Assembly (NCBI RefSeq): GCF_018350175.1
Contig: NC_058373.1
Location: forward strand, 113,710,001-113,774,000
Direction of reading: 5' to 3'
From: Felis catus
Taxonomy: Eukaryota
DNA length: 64,000 nucleotides
In this document: in pieces, positions 52,105 to 64,000 of the stretch
Numbering within the stretch: position 1 is the first letter of the stretch
Layout of the letters: the number at the start of each line of letters is the position of its first letter
Translations under genes and position numbers: made by a program
The notes under the pieces: model-generated
Told to the model about the DNA's origin: nothing
The model's input: the letters and a program-made list of their open reading frames with translations, nothing else
The model's database searches: none

Positions 52105-52319
52105 GGGCTTCTATGGGTGGCTCAATTGGTTGGGTGTACGACTGTGGCTCAGGTCATGAGCTCGTGGTTCATTGGTTGGAGCCCTGCGTTGGGCTGGGCT
52201 CTGTGCTGACAGCTCAGAGCCTGAAGCCTGCTTCAGATTCTGTATCTCCCTCTCTCTCTGCCCCTCCCCTGCTCGCTTTCTATCTCTCAAAAATAAATAA
52301 ATGTTAAAAAAAAATAAAA
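52105..52319 (+). mobile_element. SINEC
   Basis: TSD taaaagc(g/a)tagaagc. Confidence 0.9.
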
Positions 52320-52621
52320 TAAAAGCATAGAAGCAAGGTTTAGCAATGCTAATGACAAGATTATATAGTTTTTATGTATTTGACACTGTAAAAGATCTTA
52401 TTTCTTTAACCTATCTGTGTGATTGTTTGTAGAATCATCTTCCTTCGATTTACGGCTATGGGAATGAAACAGAAGTGGAACAAATTGGTTTCAAACCAAC
52501 TAGTGCCAAGGTTAGAGTGTAGAGTCTTAATGCCATGTCTTAAATACAGAACAATAGTTCTCTCTTCTTAGAAGATGGAACTACAAGAATGAAAAAGCAG
52601 TCTGTTGAAACATCAGAAGGC

Positions 52622-53223
52622 TTATTTATTTATTTTCATTATTTTTTTAATTTTATTTTTTTGAATTTACATCCAAATTAGTTAGCTTCCTTCAGTAACC
52701 CTCTGTTTGTTCTCTGTATTTATGAGTCTCTTCTGTTTTGTACCCCCTCCCTGTTTTTATATTATTTTTATTTCCCTTCCCTTATGTTCATCTGTTTTGT
52801 CTCTTAAAGTCCTCATATGAGTGAAGTCATATGATATTTGTCTTTCTCTGACTAATTTTGCTTAGCATGATACCCTCCAGTTCCATCCACGTAGTTGCAA
52901 ATGGCAAGATTTCATTCTTTTTGATTGCCGAGTAATACCCCCATTATATATATATATACCACATCTTCTTTATCCATTCATCCATCGATGGACATTTGGA
53001 CTCTTTCCGTACTTTGTTTATTGTTGATAGTGCTGCTATAAGCATTGGGGTGCATGTGTCCCTTTGAAACAGCACACCTGTATCCCTTGGATAAATACCT
53101 AGTAGTACAATTGCTGAGTCATAGGGTAGTTCTATTTTTAGTTTTTTGAGGAAGCTCTATACTGTTTTCCAGAGTGGCTACACCAGCTTGCATTCCCACC
53201 AACAATGCAAAAGAGATCCTCTT
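52622..53223 (-). mobile_element. Feline L1 3' end, 5'-truncated
   Basis: gaatttacatccaaattagttagc; ccacgtagttgcaaatggcaagatttcattc; TSD core tcagaaggc. Confidence 0.92.
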
Positions 53224-54364
53224 TCAGAAGGCATTTTTTAAAGGCTGCATATGGCACCTGGACTTGAATTTTGGTTTAAGCGTTCATTAATTTTTGTTTT
53301 TTGTCCTATTTTTACAGATGTTTTTATGAAGTTTTGAGAAACTATAAGAACCCCCAAACTAGAGTTTTCTAGTTTGCATATTTGTAGGCTTCTTCATCTT
53401 TTTAACTTTTCTACTTTTCCTTCTTTCTTTTTGAAACAACGAACTTTACAGAGTAACAGAGTACCTTAACAGAAAAATCAGTATCTTCATAGCACTGCTA
53501 GTGTATTTTTATTATTATAATCAGTGTAATATAGACATGGTATGTATTTTTATTTTCAGTTACTCTGACATATTTTTCCCCTAACTGGCACAGTGCTTTC
53601 TAGCCTTTCCCATATTCAAGAATAGGAAGTAAGCAAAAAGTTAATTTAAAGATGATCTGCCACTTTGGCATTGTTAAAGTTTCCTTTGTTATTATCAGAT
53701 TTGCATTACCTCTGGCTAAATTTATTTGTCCTTCCACTTTATTCAGGTTATGGTACTGGTATAATTTGGTTTACTTATTTCATTGGAGTGTTAGGTTATT
53801 TATGCTAATGTGATATCAGTGATTATAATAGTTATTGCTGTCATTTATTAAGTGATGATAATAGTTATTGCTGTCATTTATTAAGTTCTTATTTTTGCTA
53901 GATGCTACGTCAGGTCAGACATTTTGTTAATTAATTTAGCAAATATTTGAGTACTTTCTATACCCCAGGCATTGATCTAGGGTCTAAAGATATAATGGTG
54001 AGTGAATAAGACAAAGCCCTTAAGATGTTTGATATATTGTTTCTAATCTACATAAAATTATACAAGGTAGATATTGTCTTAATTTTATAAATGAGTCAGC
54101 TGAGGCTAGAGAAGGAAAACAAATTTTCCAGTATTCTATCACCTATAAGTGACCCAAGTTTTAGTTTCAACCTATCTTAACTTGATTCCAGTCTGTATTC
54201 TGCTCCATTCTACTGCCTCAGGATAGATCAATACTATTTCCTTCTTCATTAAAGATGTTTATAAACATCCAGGATTGGTCTGAACATGCTTGACTACAGA
54301 TAGAATTATTTTTTACCTTGATGCTTCAAGAAAGCTAGAAGTGACACTAAAACCTAATACTTTG

Positions 54365-56280
54365 AGCATCAAAAAGAATATAATATTTAGGAATAGTTTA
54401 ACCAAATTAAAAAAAAAACAACCAGGTAGGATTTGAAAACTACAAAGCATTGTTGAAATTAAAGAAGACTGAATAAATGGAAAGATCTCTCATGTTCATG
54501 GATCAGAAGACTCAATATTGTTAAGATGGAAATACTCCCCAAATTGATGCACAGTTTCAGCACAATCCCTATCAAAATCCCAGCTGACCCTAAAGTTCAC
54601 TGGAACCCAAAACAGCCAAAACAATCTTAAAAAGAACAACAAAATTGGAGGACTCAGACTTTCCAATTTCAAAATTTATGACAAAGCTACAGTAATCCAG
54701 ATAGTGTGGTGCTGTTGTAGGCTAGAAATACACATCACTGGATTAGAATTGAGAGTATAAGAATAAACTCTTCACCTATGGTCAATTGAATTTAGATAAG
54801 GATTCTAAGATAATTCAACGGAGGAAAGAATAATCTCTTCGATAAATGGCTCTGGCAACTGGACAGCCACATGCAAAAGAATAAAATTGAACCCTTACTG
54901 CATACCATGTATCAAATGGATCAGACACCTAAATTAAGCTGTAAAGCTGTACAACTTGGATTAGGCACTGGTTTCTTAGGTAGGACACCAAAAGCACAAA
55001 AAGCCAAAGTAAAAATAAATTGGACTTTGTCAAAATTAAAAACTTTTGTGCTTCAAAGTATATCATTGAGAAAGTAAAATGACATCCTAAAGAATGGAAG
55101 AATGTAATTGCAAATCTTGTATCTGATAAAGGTCTAGTTTCCAGAAAATACAAAAAACCCTTGAAACACAACAATAAAAAGATAAACAGCCTAATTAAAA
55201 ACAGATGAAAGATTTGAATAGACATTTTTCCAAGGAGGTATACTGATGAACAGTAAGCACGTGAAAAGATGCTCGACAGTCATTTGTGAAATACACATCC
55301 AGACAAGGATGAGGTACCACGTCACACCACTAGGATGGCTATAACAAAAAAAGACAGACAATAGCAAGTGCTGGTTAGGTGTGGGGACATCAGACCCTTC
55401 ACACATTGCGAGCAGGAATGTAAAATGTTGTAACTACTTTGGAAAACAGTTTGGCATTCCTCAAAAAGTTAAATGTAGAGTTACTATATGACCCAGCAAT
55501 TCTGCACCTAGGTATATGCCCAAGTAATTGGAAACCTGTTCACACAAAAACTTGCACATGAATAGTCATAGCAGCCTTATTCATGATAACCAAAAAATGG
55601 AAACAGCACAAATGTCTTATCAACTAATGTTATCTATCAACTGATGAATACATAAATAAATGAGGTATATTAATACAACAGGATAGTTGTATTAAGAACG
55701 TTGAAAAAGGGGCGCCTGTGTGGCTTGGTCGGTTAAGCATCCAACTTCAGCTCAGGTCATGATCTCGCAGTCCGTGAGTTCGAGCCCCGCATCGGGCTCT
55801 GTGCTGACAGCTCAGAGCCTGGAGCCTGTTTCAGATTCTGTGTCTCCCTCTCTCTGTGACCCTCCCCCGTTCATGCTGTGTCTCTCTCTGTCTCAAAAAT
55901 AAATAAACGTTTAAAAAAAAATTTTTTTAAAAGAACGTTGAAAAAGAATAAGGTAGTGATACATGTGGTAACATAGACGAACATTATGTTAAGTGAAAGA
56001 GGCACAGATAGCTGCATATTGTATTATTCCACTTGTATGAAATGTGCAGAATAGGAAACTCTATGGAGACACAAAATAGATTAGTGTTGTCCGGGTCTGG
56101 AGAGAAAGAATGGGGAGTGACTTTTAATGAGTACACAGTTTCTTTCTGGGGTAATAAAAATCTTCTGGACTTAGGTACTGATAATGGTTTATATAACTCT
56201 ATGAGTGTACTAGAAAATACTGAATTTTTTACTTTAACAGGGCAAGTTTTATGGTATGTGAGTTATATCTCAAACTGTTA
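54365..56280 (+). mobile_element. L1MB-like ORF2 3' half plus 3' UTR, decayed and interrupted by a SINE
   Basis: catgttcatggatcagaagactcaatattgttaagatg; tatgacccagcaattctgcacctagg; tatggtatgtgagttatatctcaa. Confidence 0.9.
55709..55930 (+). mobile_element. SINEC nested in the L1
   Basis: Perfect 15-bp TSD aagaacgttgaaaaa at 55694-55708 and 55931-55945. Confidence 0.95.
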
Positions 56281-57597
56281 CATCTATTTAAAAATCTATT
56301 ACTTTGGCTTTGGAGGGTCTAGATTCAACTTGGTTTATCTGTTTGTGTTTGAGTTATTTCAATATGAGTACAATGTCATGTAGCCTTTTATTACCCATGA
56401 GGACCTTTAATCTTTATTTTTATATATCTCTCTATTGAGTTACTTTCCACCAGCTAGTCTTATTACATACATACAGGCAAAAATTGATAGAGAACAATAT
56501 GATGTCATTTTTGTTTACACGTCTTTCTTGGGTCTGTAAAAAAAACCCTTAATGTTATATTAATTTTCAAACCAAAAGTGGCATATTGTTGCAATTACAT
56601 CATTTGGAAATGTGTTTATTTTCAAGAGTACGGATTTGATTTAGAAACTGCTTTTCCTGCATTCTTTGTTATTCATGGCACTTGATGGCCACACACTTGA
56701 AATGCTCCCTGGCCAGAGCATAAGAATCTTGGGGGGGGGGGGGCAGTGTAGAATTGATTCATGGTTTGATAAAATGCAGGCAGGTTGAATATGATTTTTA
56801 AAATGTGGTTGTGAGCCCAGCTTATGGTATGAATTCATACATATCCTCTTTTTTGTAAACATGGAATTGAAGTAGGTTTTATTTCTTGAATGTTCTGGCA
56901 CGGTGCTAGAGAGAAGTTGACTGTCCTACCCACAGTATTATATAAGAGGGAGCAAAGTTTCCTGAGAGAAATAATGAGCTTGGGAGAATGAGTAGATAGT
57001 CTTTGCTGGGGGACAGTTCTTTTCCACTGATAGTCCCACTGCATTTCCCCAGGGAGTGCCTGGGGATCCTCTGCTGTAGTTGCTAGACAATATTCCCTCT
57101 TATTCAGGGTGATTGGATAAAGAAACCAGTTATTTGGGGCCTGGAGTGTAGACAGCAAGGAGCCATGGTTCTGAGTGTGGTGTCTGGCCCAGGCGTACTT
57201 GCTAGTGATGGTACTCTGGGCTGGACAGAAAAGAGTGGGTGGCGGTGCTCAATAACACAAGACATTGGCGTCCCCAATTTCACTGCTGTTCTTCCCTTTT
57301 AAAATCGGTTATGTTTTAGCCTCTTGTCAAATTGAATGCTAAGTCTCCCTGTAGCCGTTGCCTGCCACGTATTGGCATACATGGAGAGAATTCTGTAACA
57401 TGGCTTCAGTTCTAGCCACATTTGAATTGTTCATTTTAATCACCTCTTTTATGCATTGGTCCTACTCACTGGCAACCTTCCTTCTTTGCCTCTTAGTCTT
57501 TCTGCCCAATTCAAGTGATAGAAGCTCTAAAATTAGCTCCTTTTAATCCCTGCCTAACCTTACAGTTGTTGCTTTCAGCATCTCCCTGGGGAGATGG

Positions 57598-57682
57598 CAT
57601 ATCTATATCTATATCTATATCATCTATATCTATATCTATATCTATATCTATATCTATATCTATATCTATCTATATCTATATA
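57598..57682. repeat. (ATATCT)n hexanucleotide microsatellite
   Basis: Seen directly. Confidence 0.95.
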
Positions 57683-57995
57683 TTTTACTTAAGATAGAAT
57701 GGATTATTCAGCTTTTAAAGGTAGCAGGAGTGGGTACATTAAATAATACCCATTTGTTCACTTGAATTTCTAAAAAAAAAAATAGTTTTATGCTAGAAAA
57801 ACATTTGAATTATCACAGCATCTTGAAATTAAATGGAATCTTGAGATATCATCCACCTTCTTCTTCTAACATAATACTTTAGCTAAAAACATCCTAAGAA
57901 AATAACAATCTTAAGTAATTTTAAAAACTTCTTAGACAATTCACACCAAAGTTTACCAGTTTTCACTGTCATTGAAATTATGCTTTACATTTTAA

Positions 57996-58215
57996 TTTTT
58001 TTAATGTTTATTTATTTTTGAGAGAGAGAGAGAGAAAGAGAGACAGAGCATGAGCAGAGGAGGGGCAGAGAGAGAGGGAGACCCAGAATCTGAAGCAGGC
58101 TCCAGGCTCTGAGCTGTCAGCACAGAGCCCGACGTGGAGCTTGAACTCACAGACCGTGAGATCATGACCTGAGCTGAAGTCGGGCGCTCAATTCACTGAG
58201 CCACCCAGGCGCCCC
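57996..58215 (-). mobile_element. SINEC
   Basis: TSD aattatgctttacattttaa at 57976-57995 and 58216-58235. Confidence 0.95.
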
Positions 58216-58729
58216 AATTATGCTTTACATTTTAAAAAATTATTTCCTTAAGCACGGTTAATTCAGTTTTCCCATTTATTTCTCCCTTTTCTTTAGGTAG
58301 ATGTTATATATATTCATTCTCAATCAGAGGCAAGTCATTCTTCTCTCCACTAAATATTTCTCTCTCAAATACAGAAAAGTCTCTTGGACAAGTGACTTCA
58401 TAGTCACCCTTGAATTGTATCTCCCTTGAATTCAGGTTGTGCTTAAACTGAACAGAGGAGTCTGGTTTTATTACCTGGAGAGATGCTGAGATTGAGGTAC
58501 TATTAATAGATTACCAAATTCTGCCGAAGTCCATAACTACATGTCTGCCATTTCCAAGGGCCGTTACATTCAGGAACTACTGAGAAACTGGAAAAGTTAA
58601 GCTTAGCATGTCTTCTGTGAAAGGTACTTTGGAGTACCCTGTGGCATTAAAGATCCTGGTGGGTTAAGAACTCAAGAATGTTACAAGGAGCATGCATGAA
58701 TGGGGTGAAAAGTGGAGGATGAGGAGATT

Positions 58730-58990
58730 CTTTTTTTTTTTTTAATTTTTAAAAATGTTTATTTATTTATTTATTTATTTACTTATTTATTTATTTTGAG
58801 AGAGAGAGAGAAAGAGAGAGAGCGAGTGAGCAGGGGAGGGGCAGAGAGAGAGGGAGAGAGAATCCCAAGCAGGCTCCATGCTATCAGCACAGAGCCCGAT
58901 GCAGGGCTTGAACTCACAAACCATGAGATCATGACCTAAACTGAAATCAAAAGTCAGATGCTTAACCGACTGAGTCACCCACGTGCACCA
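58730..58990 (-). mobile_element. SINEC
   Basis: (TTTA)n tail, gaatcccaagcaggctcc; TSD core tgaggagatt. Confidence 0.92.
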
Positions 58991-61900
58991 AGGCTGAGGA
59001 GATTTTTAACTGGGTGGGAAGAAATTGGAAGGTTTCCACAATCACTTCTTCTTACCATAATTACTTAGGTAAAAGGACAAAACTGAATTTCCTTCCTTTT
59101 CTCACACCTATCTCAAATCGTTCCTACACTGGCTAGAAGGGAAGTAAGGAGGGAGCAAAGTGGCATTACTTGTTTGAGTTCTTTTTTTAGGTCTTTGAAT
59201 GCCAAAGTCTCGTTGATGGACAGTTTAGGTTTTCATGGACAAAAGTTGGAATAATGATTGTTCCCATTTATTGAACACAAGAATTGTACTAAGTAAGCAC
59301 TTTATATTGTTTTATTTAATCTATACAATACTGTAATAGCATTTCTTTGTAAATAATACACATAAAACTTAGAATACTGCCCAAAAGGTAGTAGGAGCTC
59401 AATAAATGTTGTGGTTAACCCCCATTTTGGAGACAAGAGAACTGGGTCTTAGAGTAGCATTTGTAGAATTTGAATCTGTGGGCATGAAACTGAAGTCTGT
59501 GCTCTAACCTATTGTGCGCTATTGCATTTCTCTCCTTCAGGAACTTGGCTTTTTAAACAAAAATCCTCCCTGATATTTTCCTGTAAACGTATTCTAGGAT
59601 CATACTTGTTTTTGTTTAATTCTATGTTTTGACTTATTCTAGTTTGTGAATCGTATATCCCTTTTCCCCTCCTGCACTTATCCCTGGGGAAGTTCATTCT
59701 TCAAATTATCAAGGTCTGGACCAAATTTATTTAGTGAGAATGTAGAATTTTTCTTACAAGATTTTAAAAGGACAAGTAAGATAATTACATGAAAGGATCT
59801 GTTTAGGCTCTTTTGCATGGTAGGGGGTAGACCAAATAACCTTTGGATCACTTCCACTTGTATAATTCACCATTTCGGCAGGACAGCAACATTTCAGGCC
59901 AAAGTTCAACTTTTTTTTTTATTATTAAATTCTTTTATCGTCGCCAGGAAACTAGAGAAAATGAATTCTTCACAGTGTGCTTGTGCGTGCAACTTGAAAC
60001 GGTTTGCACACTAAATGAAATTAAATGAAAGACAGCTGTTTGGGAAAGAGCTGTCAGAAACTGATTGGGTTCTATTAGAGGAGAATAGGGGCTAGGAATA
60101 AGTTTTCAGAAACAGGATATCAGTGGTTTAAAAAGCAAGCAAATTTACATACACAAAGGCTCTCATGTGGTTGTGCTGTTGCATGTCTTTTTAGTTCATC
60201 CATCTTAAATTGTTATTTGCTCTCAGTGTGTAGGTGTCTGCTTTCAGGGCTTCTTTTCCCATATCAAATGTACGGCAGTTCATTCTTTTCTGAGAAATAA
60301 ATACAGCACAATCCCACTACAATGCCATTCTAAGTACTTTGGTTTTGGTTAAACTGCAAATCCAGTCATGTTCACCAAACCACTTCCTTTGCCCCACTAT
60401 CTCCCTGTTCCTGCCAGAATGCGAAAGAGGAAGGACCACCTTGGGCAGGTTCCCAGAGGTGCCAGAGGGGTCTTCTGAAATGGCTGCTAGCAAGAAGGGA
60501 GCAATTACATCCCACAACAGACTGCAGGCAGATGGTCACCTGTGGTGATCGGTATCACGACGTTATTAAGTCTTGGATTTGTGCCTGTATTTGTGACTCT
60601 GCCTTCCAGGCACTCAAGTTATGTTACCTGTGTGATCCTCTTCCTTGCTCCCAAGACCCCATTGCTCATTGTTTGGGCATGTGTTTTTGTATGTTACCCC
60701 CAAGCCCTGCTACTGCTGAACTGCTAGCTTCACTCTGTTATCTTCAACCTTTCTGCCAGCACATAGTAGGATCTCTGTTGGTCTCCAGTGGCAGATACAG
60801 TATTGCATGTGGAATTGCCTTTCAAGGAATTTTTTTTCTAAGCCTTTTGGGGTTTTACTCTGGAAGTGTAACCTATCCACAGCATAACCTCATACAGGAA
60901 ATTCAGTTAGCATTCGAAGTTAGGAATCCTAGTATAATGTTGTACTCATAAAGTCTTAGTCTCTGGAGCCTCCCCTTCCATTGAATTTTTACATTTTCAG
61001 CCCCACTTACTAGTGGTCTTCCATAACTCACTGAGGCCCAATCTCAACTGCTTTCCTTTGAGATCTCACTTGCTATCTTCTCAGTACCTTCTTTCTTTTT
61101 CTCTAATGCAGAATATAGTTCCACATCCTCTCCTTTGGCTAAGATTAAGGAATCACATGATTCATAGTGTGCTCATCTGTAGCCCACCCTCCTTGTCTAC
61201 CTACCTTGTCGCAGGGTAGATCCTATCAGTATTCCTGAGTTCTGTACCCAACTCTCCAAGAGACTAGTATATGGCATCATCTCCAGTGTCTCCAGCCAAG
61301 CACATGGACATATTTTCAAACTGAATCACAGGAACGTCCTAGGGATCCTATAGTTCCCCATCTATAAAATCACGTTTGGGAATAATAATAAAAGGTTGAA
61401 GTGCCAATCCTCCCTAATTTAGACCCAGCATTTTCTCTGATCAGGAAAAAAGTGCTGGCAAAGTAAGTGTGTCTTGATTATTTTCCCTACTTCTCTGATA
61501 TAATTTATATATAATCTATATAAATGAGTTTCTGGCCTTCCAGTAATCATGTTACAATTCCTACACTCAGTACAACTTCAACAAAGTAAGTGGGGCATGC
61601 CCCAGGTCAGAGGCACCCAGCAAGTTTCCCCTCTTTCGAAAGACATTTACTGAAGCACATGTCATCGTTAAAAGTAGGCCTGAACTTACCAGGGATTTTT
61701 GTTGGTGAGAATATTTGCTTCCAAGTCCTAGAAGTACTTCTGGTTAACTCGGAATGTTTCCTTCCTTTTCCTCCTGGTTATGCTCCAGGGTAGATACCAA
61801 CAGTATTCCTCTTTATAATCAGGAAATTGTTGTGCACTCATTCTGTGAGAGTCATGGCCAGAAGGGACAGAGTCTATGGAAATCAGGAATATTCTACCTC

Positions 61901-63409
61901 TTATTTTCTCTGCATCACATAAAGAATTAAATTGTCAGAATTGTCGAATTGTCACCTAGTTAGAGGAAATTTAACTATTGTATAACTTACCTTACGTATT
62001 CTGCCCCAGCTTCCTTTCTCATTCGTTCAGAACACATTTATTGAGTACCTGTTGCGTGTTAGGCACTGTGCTAGGGCTGATGTTAGAAAAATTGGTCGTC
62101 TCTACTCTCTGCTCTTGAGAACTTATGGTCCGGTGAGCTGTGCTGAAGAAGTGTTTTTCTGAGTGTTGATATGATTACTCACTGTTAATGTCATTTATGT
62201 CAATAATGGCCTTAATAATCTATTTCTCTCCTTCTTCATTTGGCCAAATAAAACATAATATTTATCTCCTGCACAAACTATGATCAGCTCTTTTGTCCAC
62301 CTGATCCCAGATGAGATAATGAAATGTACATAGCGGTACATGATGGACAGCCACAAATAAAATTCTTTCTTTAGATAGTCTTTCTGAATTGCTGGCAAAT
62401 TTTAATTTTTAACATTGTGAATCTTAGCTATAGTAATTCAGATCTAATTTTCAGGTGGTCAAGCTGGGGTGATTGTTTTTAGTGTAGCCACAGGAAATCA
62501 AAGCTGACAGCTGGGCTGCAGCTGTGTCCCGGCTGGGTCTGTTGAGCTGTGTGCAGAGGGAAAAGTGGTGGCAGCTCCCTGGGCTTCCCCGCTCCAGGAG
62601 ATGGTCTTCTTTGGTCGTCCACAGCAATACCTGCCAGATGCTTTTGAAGCCAGTTCAATTAACACTCAGGAAGTGAGACTTCAGTAGGAAGGTATTAAGA
62701 ATATAGTTCATGTTTAGTGGGTATGTCATCACCGCTTTCCCTTTACAAATTCAGTAAGCCCACTGCACAGAAAGCATATTTACCTTATATAATTAGGCAG
62801 TATTTTACCTAAATTACAAAGACATGCTTTTAAATTTGGTTGTTTGAAAGTTCTCTAAATTCTCATAAGATTTTTGATCTATGATGTCTAAGTTTTGCTT
62901 GAAAATATTTTATAGATTCTATTGGGTAGAATAGCATACTTATGTTTAAAATATAGTCAGCTGGTTTAATTTCACTAGAATTTGCATTAGCTACTTTTAA
63001 TGTTGTTGGAGGAAATCTATTATTTGTAAGTTAAATTAATCAACATTGTCCCTATTGTAAATGATACCATAATGAAAGCTGGAATCAAATGTATGCAATG
63101 CATAACAATGGGTGAGTACTATCCATTACATGTTAGGAACTGTACAAATCATTAAGAAACATTTAAGAATTGTACAAATCAATTAAAACCCATAAGAAAA
63201 ATAGGTGTGTGTTTTTGAACAAGTAGTTCATAGATGAAGAACTACAGTTTGCCAGTGATAACCTTGATACTACTTAAAGAAATGCAAATTTTAGTACATT
63301 CTACAGGAAGGCTCTTCCTAATGCATTAAGCTGTTAATAGAAAGGTGTGATTGATACTGAGACTAGTATAAATAAGAAAAGGTTCCTTCAGCTGGGTATT
63401 GTTGGGGTT

Positions 63410-64000
63410 TCTCTTGGAAGTGAGTGCACACTCGTACATATGAACAACTGCTTGCATCTAACACATTCATGTGGATCTCTGCAGCATGGATTTTAAAATT
63501 AGATCTGGTTCCTGTGAGAAAGCTTTATCACTTTCAAAAAGCAAATGGTTTTCTCTCATTGATTACACTAGGACTGATATCTGGCTGTCGATGTGACTAG
63601 ATGGAGCCCTTAGCACAGTCACTACATTGATAGACTTCTAAATATGAGTATTCAGACGTTTTTTCATATTTGACCTGTTAGTGAAGACCTCCCGATAATT
63701 AGTTCATATAGAGGTTTTTCTGCTGCATAAATTAACTGATGCACTTGAAGATGTGATTCCATAGCAAAAGATTTCCCAAGGATACTATTTCCATGAGGTT
63801 TCTCTGCAATATTAATTCTTCTGATGAGTAATCAACTCTGACTTCTAAAGGCCTGCCAACATTGAGTACAGACATAATTTCTCTCCAGTATGAATTTTCT
63901 GATACGAAAGGAGTCTTAAACTTTCCGTGAGTTTTTCCACATTCAGCACATGTACAGTTTTTATTTTGTGTGAACTCACTGATGCCCTAGGAGTTGTGGC
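63410..64000 (-). pseudogene. Degenerate tandem C2H2 (Kruppel-type) zinc-finger array, running off the window edge
   Basis: Minus-strand translation across frameshifts: LLGHQ*VHTK*KLY-CAECGKT; LLSYQKIHTGEK-YVCTQCWQAFR; ELITHQ-RINIAEKPH..GKSFAMESHLQVHQLIYAAEKP; YQCSDCAKG; ESDKAFSQ; roughly 84-nt period; many stops and indels. Confidence 0.82.

Noticed and set aside
60532..60951. 139-aa Cys-rich ORF
   Set aside because: No recognisable domain or regular Cys spacing; an ORF this long is plausible by chance in 64 kb.
61128..61150. tttggctaagattaag resembles the U2 snRNA 5' region
   Set aside because: Only about 16 nt, flanks do not continue the U2 sequence and there is no TSD; probably chance.
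1..64000. CRISPR arrays, prokaryotic defence or mobile systems, intact tRNA/rRNA genes
   Set aside because: Eukaryotic DNA with no repeat-spacer arrays; the tRNA-like A/B boxes all belong to SINE heads.

Overview
Mammalian genomic DNA, almost certainly from a cat (Felidae). I count about 31 carnivore tRNA-derived SINEs (CAN-SINE/SINEC). Three are near-identical young feline-type copies, and there are feline/carnivore L1 3' ends. No intact protein-coding exon or functional RNA gene can be recognised. The ORF track is mostly SINE, L1, microsatellite or chance ORFs. The window looks like a large intron (host probably on the + strand; this is inference) or intergenic DNA. It carries SINEC, L1, L2, MIR, CR1/L3, MLT1, MER5A, MER20, MER63 and a complete ERV1-type solo LTR. 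The two most notable non-TE items are a tailless, 3'-truncated U5 snRNA retrocopy with a perfect 15-bp target-site duplication (48680-48752) and a decayed C2H2 zinc-finger array on the minus strand running off the right edge (about 63410-64000). Several TE-free blocks are candidate regulatory elements or cryptic exons. I found no evidence of a new multi-gene system. TE subfamily names were recognised by eye and boundaries of old repeats are approximate.
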